The notes under the pieces: generated by a model | Told to the model about the DNA's origin: nothing | Databases searched by the model: none | What the model saw: the letters and a program-made list of their open reading frames with translations, nothing else | Translations under genes and position numbers: made by a program | Assembly (NCBI RefSeq): GCF_006345805.1 | Contig: NC_042998.1 | Coordinates: forward strand, 197,098,001-197,162,000 | Source: Octopus sinensis | Lineage: Eukaryota | Reading direction: 5' to 3' | DNA length: 64,000 nt | In this document: positions 61,433-64,000 of the stretch, in pieces | Layout: each line of letters begins with the position of its first letter | Position numbering within the stretch: position 1 is the stretch's first letter

Positions 61433-61989
61433 ACCCCTCCCCCAAAATTCCTGGCCTTGTGCCAAAATTTGAAACCATTATTATTATTAATACGAAGTGG
61501 GTAGATTTGCAGAAGAGTTAGTGCCAGAAAAAATACCTTGAAGTATTTCTTTTGGCTTTTTTTGTTCTGAGTTCGAATTCTGTCAAGACCGTCCAACCCA
61601 TGCTAGCATGGAAAATGGACGCTAAACGATGATGATGATGATGATGATCAAATTAGCCTTTCCTTGTTTTGGTGTTAATAAAATAAAGCGCTGGGTACAA
61701 TGGTATCAATTTAGTCCATCCTTCCTAAATTGCTGGCCTTGTGACTAAATTAGAAACTATTAGAATGGATTCTGCATTGGCTGAACCATTAAAGCCTTTG
61801 GAAAAATGCTTTCCAGTATTTCTTCTAGCTCCCTACATTCTGTGCTCAAATTCCCCTGGGGTTCACTCTTTGCCTTTAAAATTTGTCAAGGCAAATGAGA
61901 GACAGAAAGATCAGCAATAGAAGACAAAATAGTATCACTGGAAATATCACAAAGGTTAGCACAGACAGAAATTGCAATGTTGGTTAATT

Positions 61990-62648
61990 AACTCTGACAT
62001 GACCTGCTGTGCTTGAGGAAACCTATAGAGTCAAGTATATCAACATCAAAAATCAATGGAAATTGTAGATGGGATCCCTGTGCTGTTGGCACGTAAACAG
62101 CACCATCCAAATGTGGCCATTTGCCAGCCTCCCCTGGCACCTGTGCCGGTGGCACGTAAAAAGCGCCAACCGATCATGGCCGGTTGCCAGCCTCCCCTGG
62201 CACCTGTGCTGGTGGCACATAAAAAGCACCAACCGATCGTGGCTGTTTGCTAGCCTCCCCTGGCATCTGTGCTGGTGGCATGTAAAAAGTACCAACTGAT
62301 CGTGGCTGGTTGCCAGCCTCCCCTGGCACCTGTGCCGGTGGCACATAAAAAGCACCATCTGTACGTGGTCGATGCCAGCGCCACCTTGACTGGCTTCCAT
62401 GCTAGTGGCACGTAAAAAGCACCAACCGATCGTGGCCTTTGCCAGCCCTGCCTGGTACCTGTGCCGGTGGCACGTAAAAAGCACCCACTACATTCATGGA
62501 GTGGTTGGCATTAGGAAGGCATCCAGCTGTAGAAACACTGCCAGATCAGACTGGAGCCTGGTGCAGCCCCTGACTTCCCAGACCCCAGTCGAACCATCCA
62601 ACCCATGCTAGCATGGAAAACGGACGTTAAACGATGATGATGATGATG
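61990..62648 (+). mobile_element. Family R SINE, near full length, ~6 internal ~62-bp units
   Basis: 5' block, repeated gccagcctcccctggcacctgtgc units, tail and (GAT)n. Confidence 0.85.
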
Positions 62649-62799
62649 CCATGTTCATACTATAGCAGGAATAGGTTAAGCATCATTGCTGCCACATTCC
62701 TGGTAAAGCAGTAATGAATGACACACGTAGAAAAATAGAAGATGCAGCCGATTCCGTCCATTAGTTTGCCTGCAATCATTACTCTTAAACTAAATCTCT

Positions 62800-63200
62800 C
62801 TTTTACTCTTTTACTTGTTTCAGTCATTTGACTGCGGCCATGCTGGAGCACCGCCTTTAGTTGAGCAAATCGACCCCAGGACTTATTCTTTGTAAGCCCA
62901 GTACTTATTCTATCGGTCTCTTTTGCCGAACAGCTAAGTGACAGGGACGTAAACACACCAGCATCAGTTGTCAAGCAATGCTAGGGGGACAAACACAGAC
63001 GCGCACACACACACACATACACATATATATATATACATATATACAACAGGCTTCTTTCAGTTTCCGTCTACCAAATCCACTCACAAGGCATTGGTCGGCC
63101 CGAGGCTATAGTAGAAGACACTTGCCCAAGGTGCATGCAGTGGGACTGAACCCGGAACCATGTGGTTGGTTAGCAAGCTACTTACCACACAGCCACTCCT
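62800..63200 (-). mobile_element. Family O SINE, full length
   Basis: As other copies. Confidence 0.85.
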
Positions 63201-63534
63201 CCGCAATTATAATTATAACTTGCAATTATAATTTTTTTTTGCTCAGGGCCCAAATGGAGGAAAAAGTTAGACACAGTGGGCCAGGTCTGAGAGGGTTAAC
63301 TCCAGCTATGAAGTCAATTTAATACAATAAATATTCCCTTCCAATTTGTGGCCCTGTGCATAATAATAATAATAATAATAATAATGATAATTGTTTCAAT
63401 CTTTGGTACAAGGCCGTTACTTTTTGAGGATGGAATTTAGCTGATTACATTGACCCCCATATTTGACTGATATTTTATCTTATTGACATTGAAGGGCAAA
63501 GTTGATTTAAGCAGGATTTGAACTCAGAATGCCT

Positions 63535-63752
63535 ATTTCTTTACTACCCACAGAGAGGACAAACAAGGACAGACAAACGGATTAAGTCGATTACATCAAC
63601 CACAGTGCGTAACTGGTACTTGATTTATCGACCCCGAAAGGATGAAAGGCAAAGTCGACCTCGGCGGAATTTGAACTCAGAACGTAGCGGCAGACGAAAT
63701 ATGGCTACGCATTTCACCTGGCGTGCTAACGATTCTGCCAGCTCACCACCTT
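63535..63752 (-). mobile_element. Family M SINE
   Basis: Reverse complement of family M. Confidence 0.8.
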
Positions 63753-63849
63753 TTATATTGGACTCAGAATCCCATTAAGCATTTTGTTTGACTTGTTAAT
63801 GATCCAGCCGACTTTTTGAAATAATATAATAATAATAATAATTAATAAT

Positions 63850-64000
63850 AGGTGGTGATCTGGCAGAAACGTTAGTGTACCGGGCGAAATGCTTAGTGGT
63901 ATTTCGTCTGTCGTTACGTTCTGAGTTCAAATTCCGCTGAGGTTGACTTTGCCTTTCATCCTTTCAGGGTCGATAAACAAAGTACCAGTTTCGCACTGGG
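63850..64000 (+). mobile_element. Family M SINE, runs off the window end
   Basis: Head and body present. Confidence 0.8.

Overview
Eukaryotic, repeat-rich genomic DNA. The SINE families present look like those of coleoid cephalopods, probably Octopus; that is inference from family recognition, not a database match. One protein-coding gene can be rebuilt by hand on the + strand from 12 AG/GT-bounded, phase-compatible exons: 7290-7338, 12099-12158, 15035-15151, 27969-28036, 31699-31758, 34362-34440, 37611-37657, 39972-40168, 44263-44437, 47551-47625, 52301-52364 and 57406-58351. The chain gives 646 codons if it ends at TAA 58353-58355. The product has a HEAT-like helical segment and a long Glu/Lys-rich tail, and I give it no gene symbol. 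Almost everything else is transposon-derived: several SINE families, CR1, RTE and R4/Dong-like LINE fragments, a CsRn1-like Gypsy remnant, a Tc1 remnant, Helitron-like elements, and hAT- and piggyBac-like MITEs. The most striking structures are tandem arrays that arose inside retroposons. An ~8.1 kb array of ~249-bp units is continuous with an RTE-tailed element, and together they split one SINE in half. Two concatemers of a second SINE share the same junction. An 87-bp array lies inside another copy of the RTE-tailed family. There is also a near-perfect 230-bp palindrome and a 62-bp duplication flanking a CR1 fragment. Most ORFs in the supplied track are repeat artefacts. Repeat boundaries are read by eye and may be off by 10-20 bp.
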